This document shows positions 1 to 9,985 of a stretch of DNA of 64,000 nt, in pieces (the first letter of the stretch is position 1; each line of letters opens with the position of its first letter). Position numbers and translations under genes: made by a program. The stretch comes from Podarcis muralis (taxonomy: Eukaryota): the NCBI RefSeq assembly GCF_964188315.1, contig NC_135656.1, positions 120,714,001 through 120,778,000 on the forward strand, given 5' to 3'. A model generated the notes under the pieces. That model was not told where the DNA came from. It saw only the letters and a list, made by a program, of their open reading frames with translations, and made no database searches.

Positions 1-720
1 CTGCTCCACTTGTGAGGCCCCTCCCCACCCCCCACCCTCACAGCTAGAAGAAAATGAAAGAGTGTTATAAACAGAACTGAATGAAGACAAGGATGCTCAA
101 GGATATTTAAAATTCTGCAATTCTCAATTTCTCCTCTAAAGGACATAATATGTTATTGTTAAACACCATGGTGATTTTTTAAAAATGGGGAAAAAAAATA
201 ACACTGAAAAACTTTTGCAGTACCTGAACTTCGTAAACCTTTTGTGGAAGAAGCATTATTTTTTAGGAAAATGAAGTTGCAATGTTATTCTTTAAAAAAC
301 CCACACACCTTGAGTTTACAAATTATATTGCCTGGGAAGTGTAAATAATATGATCATGATTACCTGACAGTGTGGCACTTCTAGAATTTACTTTACGTTG
401 TCATTAAAAAGTCAGTTTTAAAATACATATTAAGAAGTAAACTACAACCATCAAATACAGTAAGGCTAAAATGTTTTCCTCTCCTAGCCTTCCTCATAGG
501 AAAATCTTCATCAAAATTTGTTTGTCTAAGTTTGTCACTTTCAGTGTACAGAATGCTCAGTGCGGACAACCTTTCTTGAGACATTGTGGCCCTTAATTCA
601 TTTTTAATTCTTTTGAGTCTTGAAAAAAATCCTCTCTCCTGAGCAGCTAGTGACCATAGGGCTAAGAAATAGCTGCAAGATTGCTTCCACATTAGGAAAG
701 GACACCTGGTGTTTTCCCTT
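1..720 (-). mobile_element. Decayed hAT transposon 3' end (C-terminal dimerisation-domain remnant)
   Basis: Frameshifted FPNVEAIL..VTSCSGE..SRLKRIKNELRATMSQERLSALSIL..DF..RKARR on the - strand, matching the hAT dimerisation region; the terminus lies just left of the window. Confidence 0.8.
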
Positions 721-1617
721 GTATATAATTTGATAAAGATGAGACAGAGACTTCTCTGCTGTTTACAATCCAGGGGTATATAAGATTTCTGAAATAAAGT
801 TTCCTGCAATGCAGGAATCAGAACGCGATCCTTTGCAGCCCTTTCAACTCTGCAGTTCTGTAATTCTGTGCGATATATATATATAAGACATTGCATATAT
901 AAATTGCAATTTCAGCTGAATTTGTGGGAACCACTTGAAGCATCCCTTGTGTTGAGCCATTTCCATTGCATTTGTTTATTTCCTCGTTGCAAACAGCTGA
1001 AAGTCTGTAAATGTTGATAATCAACTTGATTTTCAGTGGGTGGTTGAATAATTATAATTGCTACTGTAGATACATGCATATAGATTACATAGGTTTTGCC
1101 AGCCTTGGCTTCTTTCCTCTCCACCCCACCCCTTTTACATTTGCAAATGAAGCCAATCAAGCCAGGTAATTGCCCAGGGCATTCCCCATTGTTAAGCAGA
1201 TTTAAGGTGAGGCTGGTGACCTACTTTTCTGCCCTCAAAGACTTGTTGCCCTCCAGACCCCCAGGGGTCAAGTTAGTGATTAATTGGATTAGTTCAGTTT
1301 CACAGCTACACCCTCATAGCTTTTGCCAACCTGGGATGTCCTTTTAAATTTAGTCAGGAGTGTGTCTGGATATAAGTGAAGATTCTTTCTACCCTCTGCA
1401 AGGCAGGGTATGTTTGAAGTTTCAACACTCCAGGTGTTACAAGTCACAAGAACATTATTTTATTCTTCTTGTAAACCACTCTGTGAGGTTTTTGTGTCAA
1501 ACAAGCAGTATATAAATTTTAAGAAATGAATCATTTTGCCATTTCTGGGGCTTATAGACTGCCTTTCATACATCAGTGTAGAGGTATACAAATTAAAAAT
1601 GAAATGAAATATTTCCT

Positions 1618-2253
1618 ATTGGGAAATGATATATAATGAACTGATGAAAATATTGAAAACAACCTTTGTAAAAAAACAACCAGAAGCTTTCTTACTAGGT
1701 ATTTTTGGCCAAGACATACCAAAAGAAAAGAGGACCTTATTTATGTATGCCACTACAGCAGCAAGAATGTTGATTGTACAAAACTGGAAGACTGGAGAAA
1801 TGCCAACTAAAGAACAATGGCAAGAGAAGTTGATGAACTATGCAGAACTGGCAAAATCAACAGATAGATTAATAGAAAAAGACAACAGAGACTATGAAAA
1901 AGAATGGGAACCATTTATATTATACTTGCAGAAACAAAGAAAGTCGAAAGACTTGATGGCAGGATTTAAATAAACATTCACACTATTAGTGTTAGAAAAC
2001 GTGTAGAAGATAGAGAAATATTATGGCGTATTTACTTTTACTTTTATGTTTTTAGGTTTGATGTTATGTTATTAATAACTTTTTCTGTAAGGAGGTAGCA
2101 AAGTGGGTGAAAGGAGAAACAAACCGGAAGCGGAAGTTGGGGGAAGCCTAGGAGAGGAGGGAGGAAGGAATACATAGTAAATGTAAAGAATTTGAGATGT
2201 ATGTAATGAATGAAAAAGAAAAATGAATAAAATTTTTATATATAAAAAAAGAC
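1618..2253 (+). mobile_element. 5'-truncated L1-clade LINE (ORF2 C-terminus + 3'UTR), unit 1 only
   Basis: ORF 1626-1973 (W..IYNEL..EAFLLG..LFMYATTAAR..W..W) followed by a 3'UTR ending aataaa...aaaaaaa; absent from units 2-4. Confidence 0.82.
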
Positions 2254-2662
2254 GTTTCAACATTCCAGGTGTTACAGGTCATAAGAACATTATTTTATTC
2301 TTCTTGTAAATCACTCTGTGGGGTTTTCGTGTCAAACAAGCGGTATATAAATTTTGAGAAATAAATCATTTTGCCATTTCTGGGGCTTACAGACTGCCTT
2401 TTATACATCAGTGTAGAGGTATACAAATTAAAAATTGAAATGAAATATTTCCTTTTAGTTTTGTAAAGGAATGTTAACAGAGAATATTTATTCAACACAC
2501 ACATTAAATAAACAAGGGCATTTTTCACTGACCTGGCTGCATTTGGAAATATTTAATATAGAGGTCAATTTCATGTAGGTGCATATATGTGCATCTTAGA
2601 GGGCTTGTATTTATGTTTACTGTATCCATAATGCGAACTGATGGTGACATTCGATTATTCAT

Positions 2663-2663
<1 letters not shown>

Positions 2664-2703
<40 letters not shown>
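2664..2703. repeat. (ATT)n microsatellite
   Basis: Pure trinucleotide run; length varies in the other units (near 20200, 38505, 56640). Confidence 0.95.
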
Positions 2704-2705
<2 letters not shown>

Positions 2706-2931
2706 TTTGTGGAACTTGCAATTATTTATTTTTCATGCAAATAAATCACCTTCCTGAGAAATCGTATGAACAGAGGCAATAAATATACAAACAAATATCA
2801 GAAGCACAAACACACATAAGAAGGTAGGAAGAATCATAGAATTGTAGAGTTAGAAGAGACCCCAGAGGGTCATCTAGTCCAACCCCCTGCAATGCAGGAA
2901 TGCCTGCTGGATCAGGCCAGCGGCCCATCTA

Positions 2932-3190
2932 CCATATTTTTTGCTCTATAAGACGCACCAGACCACAAGATGCACCTAGTTTTTGGAGGAGGAAAACAAG
3001 AAAAAATATATTCTGAATCTCAGAAGCCAGAACATCAAGAAGGATCGCTGCGCAGTGAAAGCAGCAATCCCTCTTGCTGTTCTGGCTTCTGAGATAGCTG
3101 AGCAGCCTGCATTCGCCCCATAAGACGCACACACATTTCCCCTTACTTTTTAGGAGGGAAAAAGTGAGTCTTACAGAGTGAAAAATACAG
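2932..3190. mobile_element. Tc1/mariner (pogo/Tc2-type) MITE, unit 1 only
   Basis: Degenerate TIRs ccatattttttgctctataagacgcac / gtgagtcttacagagtgaaaaatacag with TA duplication; empty site ccatcTAgttttcac in units 3 and 4 (20462 cctatcTAgttttcac in unit 2). Confidence 0.85.
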
Positions 3191-3299
3191 TAGTTTTCAC
3201 AGTGGTAGCCCGCAACCAGGAACTAGTTTGTTTGTCATTGGCATCCATCTAACTCGAAAGATAATGGAGTGTGCTTGCAGGGGTGAAGTCAAACTGCTG

Positions 3300-3480
3300 C
3301 AATAGCAGCACGGAAGTGACCTCCCAAAGCAGCATCTGTGCACGCGCGGGTTGATTTCGGCGCTTCTGCGCATGTACAACTGCCGAAACCCAGAAGTAGC
3401 CTGTTCTGGTACTTCCAGGTTTCGGTGGTCTGCAACCCGAAAAAACGCAACCTGAAGCGGCTGTAACCCGAGGTGTGGCT
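3300..3480 (-). mobile_element. Degenerate mariner/Tigger-like MITE fragment
   Basis: Ends in tgtaacccgaggtatgact-like terminus (best preserved at 20772-20790); internal gcgcatg palindromes; the other end could not be defined. Confidence 0.55.
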
Positions 3481-3575
3481 ATAATAACAATATGATTCTA
3501 AGGTTTGTCCACTGTGTGAGCTATTTTATGCTTAGTGACAGAGTCACTGTGCCTGAAGCTTCTGGCTTAAACTTC

Positions 3576-3950
3576 AGCTTAGTTGGTAGAGCTCCAGGCG
3601 TCAGCAAACTTTTTCAGCAGGGGGCCGGTCCACTGTCCCTCAGACCTTGTGGGGGGCCGGACTATATTTTGGAAAAAAAATATGAACGAATTCCTATGCC
3701 CCACAAATAACCCAGAGATGCATTTTAAATAAAAGCACACATTTTACTCATGTAAAAACACGCTGATTCCCAGGCCGGATTTAGAAGGCGATGGGGCCTG
3801 ATCCAGCCCCCGGGCCTTAGTTTGCCTACCCATGCTCTAGACTCTTAATCTCAGGGTTTTGGGTTCAAGCTCCATCTAAGGCAAAAGATTCCTGCATTGC
3901 AGTGGGTTTGACTAGATGACCCTAATGGTCCCTTCCAACTCTGCAATTCT
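3576..3950 (+). mobile_element. tRNA-Lys-derived SINE with CR1-like tail (interrupted by the hAT MITE)
   Basis: A-box-like cttagttggtagagc, then actcttaatctcagggttttgggttcaagc, then a tail gattcctgcattgc...ttccaactctgcaattct. Confidence 0.7.
3595..3834 (+). mobile_element. Non-autonomous hAT MITE inserted into a tRNA-derived SINE
   Basis: Ends caggcgtcagcaaact / agtttgcctacccatg; splits the SINE head (agttggtagagc...actcttaatctcagg). Also at 20904-21143, 39195-39434, 57347-57579. Confidence 0.8.
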
Positions 3951-4056
3951 TAGTAAGAGCAGTTCAACAGCGGACTACCTGGGAATGTTATGGATTGCTT
4001 CCATGGAGGTTTATAAGCAGAGGCTGGATGGCCCTCTGTCATGGATGCTTCAGCTG

Positions 4057-4399
4057 TAAAGGTAAAAGGTAAAGGGACCCCTGACCGTTAGGTCCAGTCA
4101 TGACCGACTCTGGGGTTGCGACGCTCATCTCACTTTACTGGCCGACGGAGCCGGCGTACAGCTTCTGCGTCATGTGGCCAGCATGACTAAGCCGCTTCTG
4201 GCGAACCAGAGCAGCGCACGGAAACGCCGTTTACCTTCCCACCAGAGCGGTACCTATTTATCTACTTGCACTTTGACGTGCTTTCGAACTGCTAGGTTGG
4301 CAGGAGCAGGGACCGAGCAACGGGAGCTCACCCCGTCGCGGGGATTCAAACTGCCAACCTTCTGATCGGCAAGCCTTGGCCTCAGTGGTTTTTAGACCA
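4057..4399 (-). mobile_element. Sauria SINE, full length
   Basis: Recognisable Sauria SINE body with (acctttt)n-type tail; cagctg duplicated at 4051 and 4400; inserted in a CR1-like tail fragment. Confidence 0.9.
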
Positions 4400-4615
4400 C
4401 AGCTGAGATTCCTACATTGCAGTGGGTTGGACTAGATGACCCTTGGTGACCCCTTAGAACTCTATGATTCTATGATTGAAAGAGCCAGGGGGTAGTGCAG
4501 GACCTGGGTTCAAATCCTCACTCTCAGCCCTACCTACTTCACAGGGTTGTTGTTGGTGATTAAATGTGAAAAGCCCTGCATGCCAACTTTTTTGCTTCTT
4601 GGTGGAAAAGGCAGG

Positions 4616-4651
4616 AAATAAATAAAATAAAATAAAATAAAATAAAATAAA
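4616..4651. repeat. (AAAAT)n microsatellite
   Basis: Pentanucleotide run; longer at ~21917-21978 and ~58361-58426; coincides with the N gap in unit 3. Confidence 0.95.
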
Positions 4652-4859
4652 GACAGACCCCCCCCCCCAAGTGCGGTCTGCAAATGGTACCTGAGCCCAA
4701 CATCCCTCTCCCCATCTGCAATTCCTGGCAACTGACATTCACAGAATCATCGGGTTGCAGCGTTGGAACCAAAGGCTCATCTAATTCACCCCCCTACAAG
4801 AAGCTCCTTGGATGGGGGAAAAATAGAGAAGTGAATTAGATAAATGCAATAAACAAACA

Positions 4860-7260
4860 GCGCCCATATTTTTCAAATAGCGTGCTCGGGATCTGAAAAC
4901 CAGCCTGGGGCGTTAAACTCTCTCAAGTCTCCCGCTTTGATCCGAACAAGGTCAAAGCTCTCCATTCCGTGGTTGGGTGGGGGTAGGAGAGGGGGCGACG
5001 ACTTGGGAGGTCGCCACGCCTCCTGCCCTGCAACGACCCCACCCTTCTTTTCGGCAGCCGTGACTATTTATACCCTTAGTTTGCAAAGCTTTCTCACACG
5101 CGTTTGCGGGGTCGAGGATAGATCGCTGTCTTTTCTTCTCTGGGGAACGTGTGGATTACTGTACTGGAAATCATCTTTCGTCCAGCTTCCAGCAGCGCCC
5201 CTTTGGCTACAGAGAGTAGGATCGTCTGCCTAAAACCCTGAGGTTGGTTCCTTTTTACAATTGCTATGAAGTCTTTTTTTTCTTCAAATTGCCCACGTAG
5301 CCAGATTTAGCTTAAACCGCTCGGTTGTACTGGGTTTAAGCGAGACATGGCTGCAGCGGCGATTTGAAAAACACAATTGCGCACTGTAAACACGTTAACG
5401 CATTGGCAGGATTTTAAGAACACTTGTAATTTTAGTAATAACAAATTTAGTTGGAATCGAAGGTGCTGCTACTGGAAGGATTTTTTTATTATTATTTTGC
5501 TTCGACTACGGCAAAATAATTTTTGATTTTGATTAAAAATCAAAATACAGGCTACCTACCTGTAACTTGTAATTTTAGGGACACTATAGAAAATCTGAAG
5601 GAAAAAAATATGGTAAAGGAACCAGGAGGGGGGGAGGAAAGTCACGGGATTCAGGGAATCCCGGGGGGGCGGGCGGTTTAATATTGCTTTAGTATATTTT
5701 TGTATTTTTCATTTTTTGTTACTGTGTGTTTTTATTCTGTATAAAACCTAGTAAAATGTTATATATTTTCGCATTACGAAAGGCAGTCCAAAACATCCAG
5801 AGGGCAAGCCGTTGCAGTTATTTGAAATTATGTTCTGCAAATAACAGCATCGGCTTGCCCTTTCGATGACTGCGACTACCTTTCGTAATGCGAAACCTCC
5901 AGAGGTCTAGCAACTTGGCGTGCGCTCCCGTTGACGCAGGGATTTGCTCCGGGGAAAAGCGGAGTGTGTGTGGCTCTGTCCCAATTGATAGATCCGATCT
6001 TTAAAAATCAAATAGAGATGGGAGTAGCGGGATTGGGGGCCTGGACAGAGAGGGGAGTTTTCTGAAAACTTTTGCCGGCAACCAGAAACTCTTTTCTCTC
6101 TCTCCCGACACCGCCGTCGCCAAAAAGGGATGTTTGGCACGTTGGGGAACCAGGGGCGGACTGCATTGCAAGAAGGGTCAGTGGCGCAGCATATGCCGTC
6201 GCTGCCCAGGGCAGGCGCGTTCCCAAGGGGCGCGGGGGGCGCGCTCCGAGGGGCGCGGAGAGTGCGCTCCCAGGCGCGGGATAGCCGCGCGCGCGCACCC
6301 ACCGATCCGGCTTCCTTCCCGCTCTCTCCCTTGCTTGCTTGCCTGCCTCCTCCAGCTCTGAGCGCGGGGCAATTGCGCACCACCTGCCCGTGACTCCCGC
6401 GCCTACAGCCAGGGGAAGGCGAGAGCTGCTGCTGCTGCGCGCTCCCGGCTGGGGAAGGCAGGCAAGCAAGCAGGACGGGAAGGAGACGCGCGCGCACCCA
6501 CCGATCCGGCTTCCTTCCCGCTCTCTCCCCTGCTTGCTTGCCTGCCTCCTCCAGCCCTGAGCGCGGGGCAATTGCGCACCGCCTGCCCGTGACTCCCGCG
6601 CCTACAGTCAGGGGAAGGCGAGAGCTGCTGCTGCTGCGCGCTCCCGGCTGGGGAAGGCAGGCAAGCAAGCAGGACGGGAAGGAGACGCGCGCGCACCCAT
6701 CAATCCGGCTTCCTTCCCGCTCTCTCCCCTGCTTGCTTGCCTGCCTCTTCCAGCCCTGAGCCCGGGGCAATTGCGCACCGCCTGCCCGTGACTCCCGCGC
6801 CTACAGCCAGGGGAAGGCGGGAGCTGCTGCTGCTGCGCGCTCCCGGCTGGAGAAGGCAGGCAAGCAAGCAAGCAAGCAGGGGAGAGGACGGGAAGGAGAC
6901 GGGCAAAGCGGCACAGCAGCAAGAAGCTGTAAAAATGTGTGTTTGGAAAGCGGGGAGGCGAAAGCCCTGGGGAAAAATTTGTCTGCACTCATGGGCTTAT
7001 TCAGGATTTTTGTTTGCTATGCGTTTTTCTTGCTTGGGTTCGGGCAGCTGCCACCCCCCCCCCCCACCACGCCGGCTGCGCCCATGCATGCAAAAGATTG
7101 TGAGGTTGAAAAGGAAATGCTTCAGGGAAACTTCTGCGTAACGACAGCCCTTCGGCCCCCCCTCGCTCATGCACGCGACCTATCTAGGCTCCGTTTCTCG
7201 CTCTTTGAAATCTTAAGACGTGGGTAGGCAAACTTAAGGCCCAGTTGCCTTCCGGACGGT
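4860..7260. promoter_or_regulatory. CpG island, probable promoter region of gene copy 1
   Basis: Dense CpG retained in all four units, ~2.7 kb upstream of the first coding acceptor; GC box ggggcgga near 6153. The TSS is not defined. Confidence 0.6.
6288..6900. repeat. GC-rich VNTR, 3 x 199 bp
   Basis: gcgcgcaccc recurs at 6291, 6490 and 6689. Confidence 0.95.
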
Positions 7261-7438
7261 CGCGGAATCGGCGTATTTTTACATGAGTAGAATGTGCAGT
7301 TTTATTTAAAATGCATCTCTGGGTTATTTGTGGGGCATAGGAATTCGTTCATTCCCTCCCCCCCCCAAATATAGTCTCCCCCCCAGGGTCTGAGGGACAG
7401 TGGTCCGGTCCCCTGCTGAAAAGGTTTGCTGACCCCTC
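7219..7438 (-). mobile_element. Non-autonomous hAT MITE (same family as 3595-3834, opposite orientation)
   Basis: 8-bp TSD tcttaaga at 7211 and 7439; also at 24337-24560; right end eroded in units 3 and 4. Confidence 0.88.
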
Positions 7439-7939
7439 TCTTAAGATGTTCTGCCCTTGAATGCTGAGAAACCCCTTTTGCATCCCGTTGGGAGAAAACT
7501 GAATGGGCAACTTTCAATTAGAAGCAGGGAAGATCTTTGCTCCCAGCCCCCTTTAGAGCTATTTCATAGTCAACTCCCCCTCCATCAAAGGCATGAACCC
7601 TTCTCATGATACTATATTCCCATCCTGACTTTTAAACATGCCAGTGTCCATTTTTATTACTCCAGTTTGTATCCAACTAAGAACAAGTAGTTCATAGCTT
7701 TCTTAATTCCAGCAGGTCTCCTCTGAGCAAACCTGCTGAAATTAAGAAACCTATGAACTTCTGTGGGGCCTACTCTGAGTAGGACTAGCATTGGGCACAA
7801 CGCCATATTTGTACGTTAGTTGCAAATTGCTTTGGCACTATTATTATTTATTGTGTAATGGGAGGTTATGTGTGACTGTGTGTGCAAGTGTAAACACAAA
7901 ATATATACACAGCTCAAGTGTGTAAAACGAACAAATTTG

Positions 7940-8180
7940 TAGTGGTACCTTGGTTTACAACCATAATGTGTTCTGGAGGTCTGTTTGTAAACCAAAACAG
8001 GTTGTAACCCAAGGCATGCTTTCGCCAATGGGGCCTCCAAATATTTTTTCTCTCGTAATAATAAAAAAAGGGTTGTAATCCAAAAAAAGGTTGCAAACTG
8101 GGACACGCACTTCGGGGTTTGACGTGTTTGTAATCCAAAACGTATGCAAACCAGACTGTTTGCAAACCCAGGTACCACTG
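7940..8180. mobile_element. Tigger/mariner-like MITE
   Basis: TIRs tagtggtaccttggtttacaa / ttgcaaacccaggtaccactg followed by TA; present in all units (~25062, ~43597, ~61515). Confidence 0.8.
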
Positions 8181-9985
8181 TAGTTAAAAGCAAATATTGA
8201 AAACATTCAGAAGATTAAAATCCAGGGCAGTTAGTAAGAAAGGAAACACTTCTACATGTCAGGATTACATGGTGTGTTACAGAAATTAATGGAAAATTTC
8301 TAAAAATTTGTTGCCCCCCCCCCCCCCGCTAAATGCATTACACATAAAGTTAAGGGAGAAAAAGAGATGTTCAACAAATGGTTTTCCTCTGAGGTAAAGT
8401 TAAATTAGCTCTAGAAATGTACTGCAAAAAAACCAGTCATTTTTATCTTTCTTTATTAAAAAAATAAATGTCTGGATAGGCTTGCCTAAACAAAAATGTT
8501 TTAAGTGGGTGCTGAAAATAATTCAGCAAGGATGCCTGTTTGGTGTCAATAGACAGGCAGTTCCAAAGTTTAGGTGTTACCACACCCTGCATCAATTTAG
8601 CACCTCTTTTTGCTCACCTGTATTTAAATTGTTCTATGTATATTTTTGGGAGGGGCCATTGGTCAGTCTCATCTGGGGTGCAGTTGTCTGGGGTTGCAGG
8701 GGGCGAGTGGGTGGTAGACCCATTACGTTTTGGGGAGCAGGGTCCCTAAGACAGCATCCCAGGAGCCCCAGCACCCCAAAGGCGACTTCTGCCTCACCAC
8801 TGCAAAGTGCTGGTGCTATTTGCCCTCTTAGTAGCTAAATAGGTGCTTATATGCAGACTCACTGCAAAACATGGTCTGGAGCTTCATTAACTGCAAACCC
8901 TGAAATTTGGGGGCCCCTCCAAACTGGTGCCAAAGTTTTGCAATCCTTTCGCACTGCCCCTGAACCGTGTAATTGACTAGCCCCTGGTTCATAGTAATAC
9001 ATCAAACTGGGATCGCTAGAACAGGCATAGGCAAACTCGGCCCTCCAGATGTTTTGGACATTGGGTTTATTTGGTTAGATTTACAGATTATAGCCATCAT
9101 CCCTGACCACTGGTCCTGCTAACTAGGGATCATGGGAGTTATAAGTTCTGTGTTTTTAAAAAATGTTCTTTTTTTTCACATCCAGACATTTAATAATGTT
9201 ACGCCATTCTAAATTTCAATCACACCACAGTTGCCTGTTCTGTAATGTGAAAGGAAGGTTAGAAATGTAGATCCTGCCTTGTTTAGTGTTGTAGCACCTA
9301 CTCTACTTGCCTTCTGATCAAGCGCTTTTACGGCGCTTTTACGGTTGAGGGAATTTTAATAAGTTTTAGTTTTTTCGAAAAAATGTTTCAAAATGCAATG
9401 GGGTACCCTCCCTTGATGTTACAGTATTATCTTTTTTAAATTGATTTGAGGCTTTTAAAAAGCACACACAAAAAACCCAAGCAGTATAGAAATTCTATGA
9501 AATAAATTAATGCTATATTTCCAATAGTTTCTGAAACAGTGCCATGACCACACATGTTTCCTATTTCTGATGTGAGGCTTTTGCTTGTGGAAGAAAGTGC
9601 AGCAACAGGAAAAAATTGTATGTGTGTGTGTGGGGGGAAACACATGGTTTGGAGAAGAGTAAGTGACAAACTTGCAGAGAATAAAATCAACTTTTCTGCA
9701 AATCATCTGCACCTTGTTGTGAGTTGCAATCACTATGAGGTCCAAAAGACCTTGGGGATCAGTACAGAACCTGCAGGTTCTGACTTGGGAAATAAGGAGT
9801 TTCCAGCAACTTGGATGAATCCAAAAACTACAGTGCACATTTAAGCTCATACAAATTGCCTTCCATTAAATTTCAATGGGTGCTTCTATTGAAAAGCAGT
9901 GATTGATTGATTTTCTCTCTCTTTCTCTCCCACCAGAAAAAACTAGACTCTGCTGGATTGCTTCACAGTGACTGCCTCTTGCAGA

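Noticed and set aside
1-720. The adjacent hAT remnant as donor of the BED fingers
   Set aside because: Opposite strand, ~9 kb away, and only the C-terminal end is present; nothing in the sequence links it to the BED exon.
393-896. 167-191-aa ORF repeated in each unit as a possible host gene
   Set aside because: It is a frameshifted hAT C-terminal remnant; homology switches frame and the ORF start varies between units.
1626-1973. 115-aa ORF as a unit-1-specific gene
   Set aside because: It is the C-terminus of L1 ORF2, followed by the element's 3'UTR and A-tail.
3576-3880. tRNA-Lys gene
   Set aside because: It is a SINE head: split by a MITE, degenerate B box, and continues into a CR1-like tail.
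5186-5210. Second CTCF site (cagcgcccctttggct)
   Set aside because: Only the GGGGCGC half matches; the CCASYAG half fails at several positions.
6288-6900. CRISPR-like array
   Set aside because: The monomers are contiguous with no unique spacers, and the context is vertebrate.
5907-7141. Many long Arg/Ala/Pro-rich ORFs on both strands
   Set aside because: By-product of stop-poor GC-rich tandem repeats; frames and lengths are not kept between units.
9968-9985. GTG/TTG starts given by the ORF track (9968, 27054, 45609)
   Set aside because: Eukaryotic gene; the first in-frame ATG in good Kozak context lies a few codons downstream.
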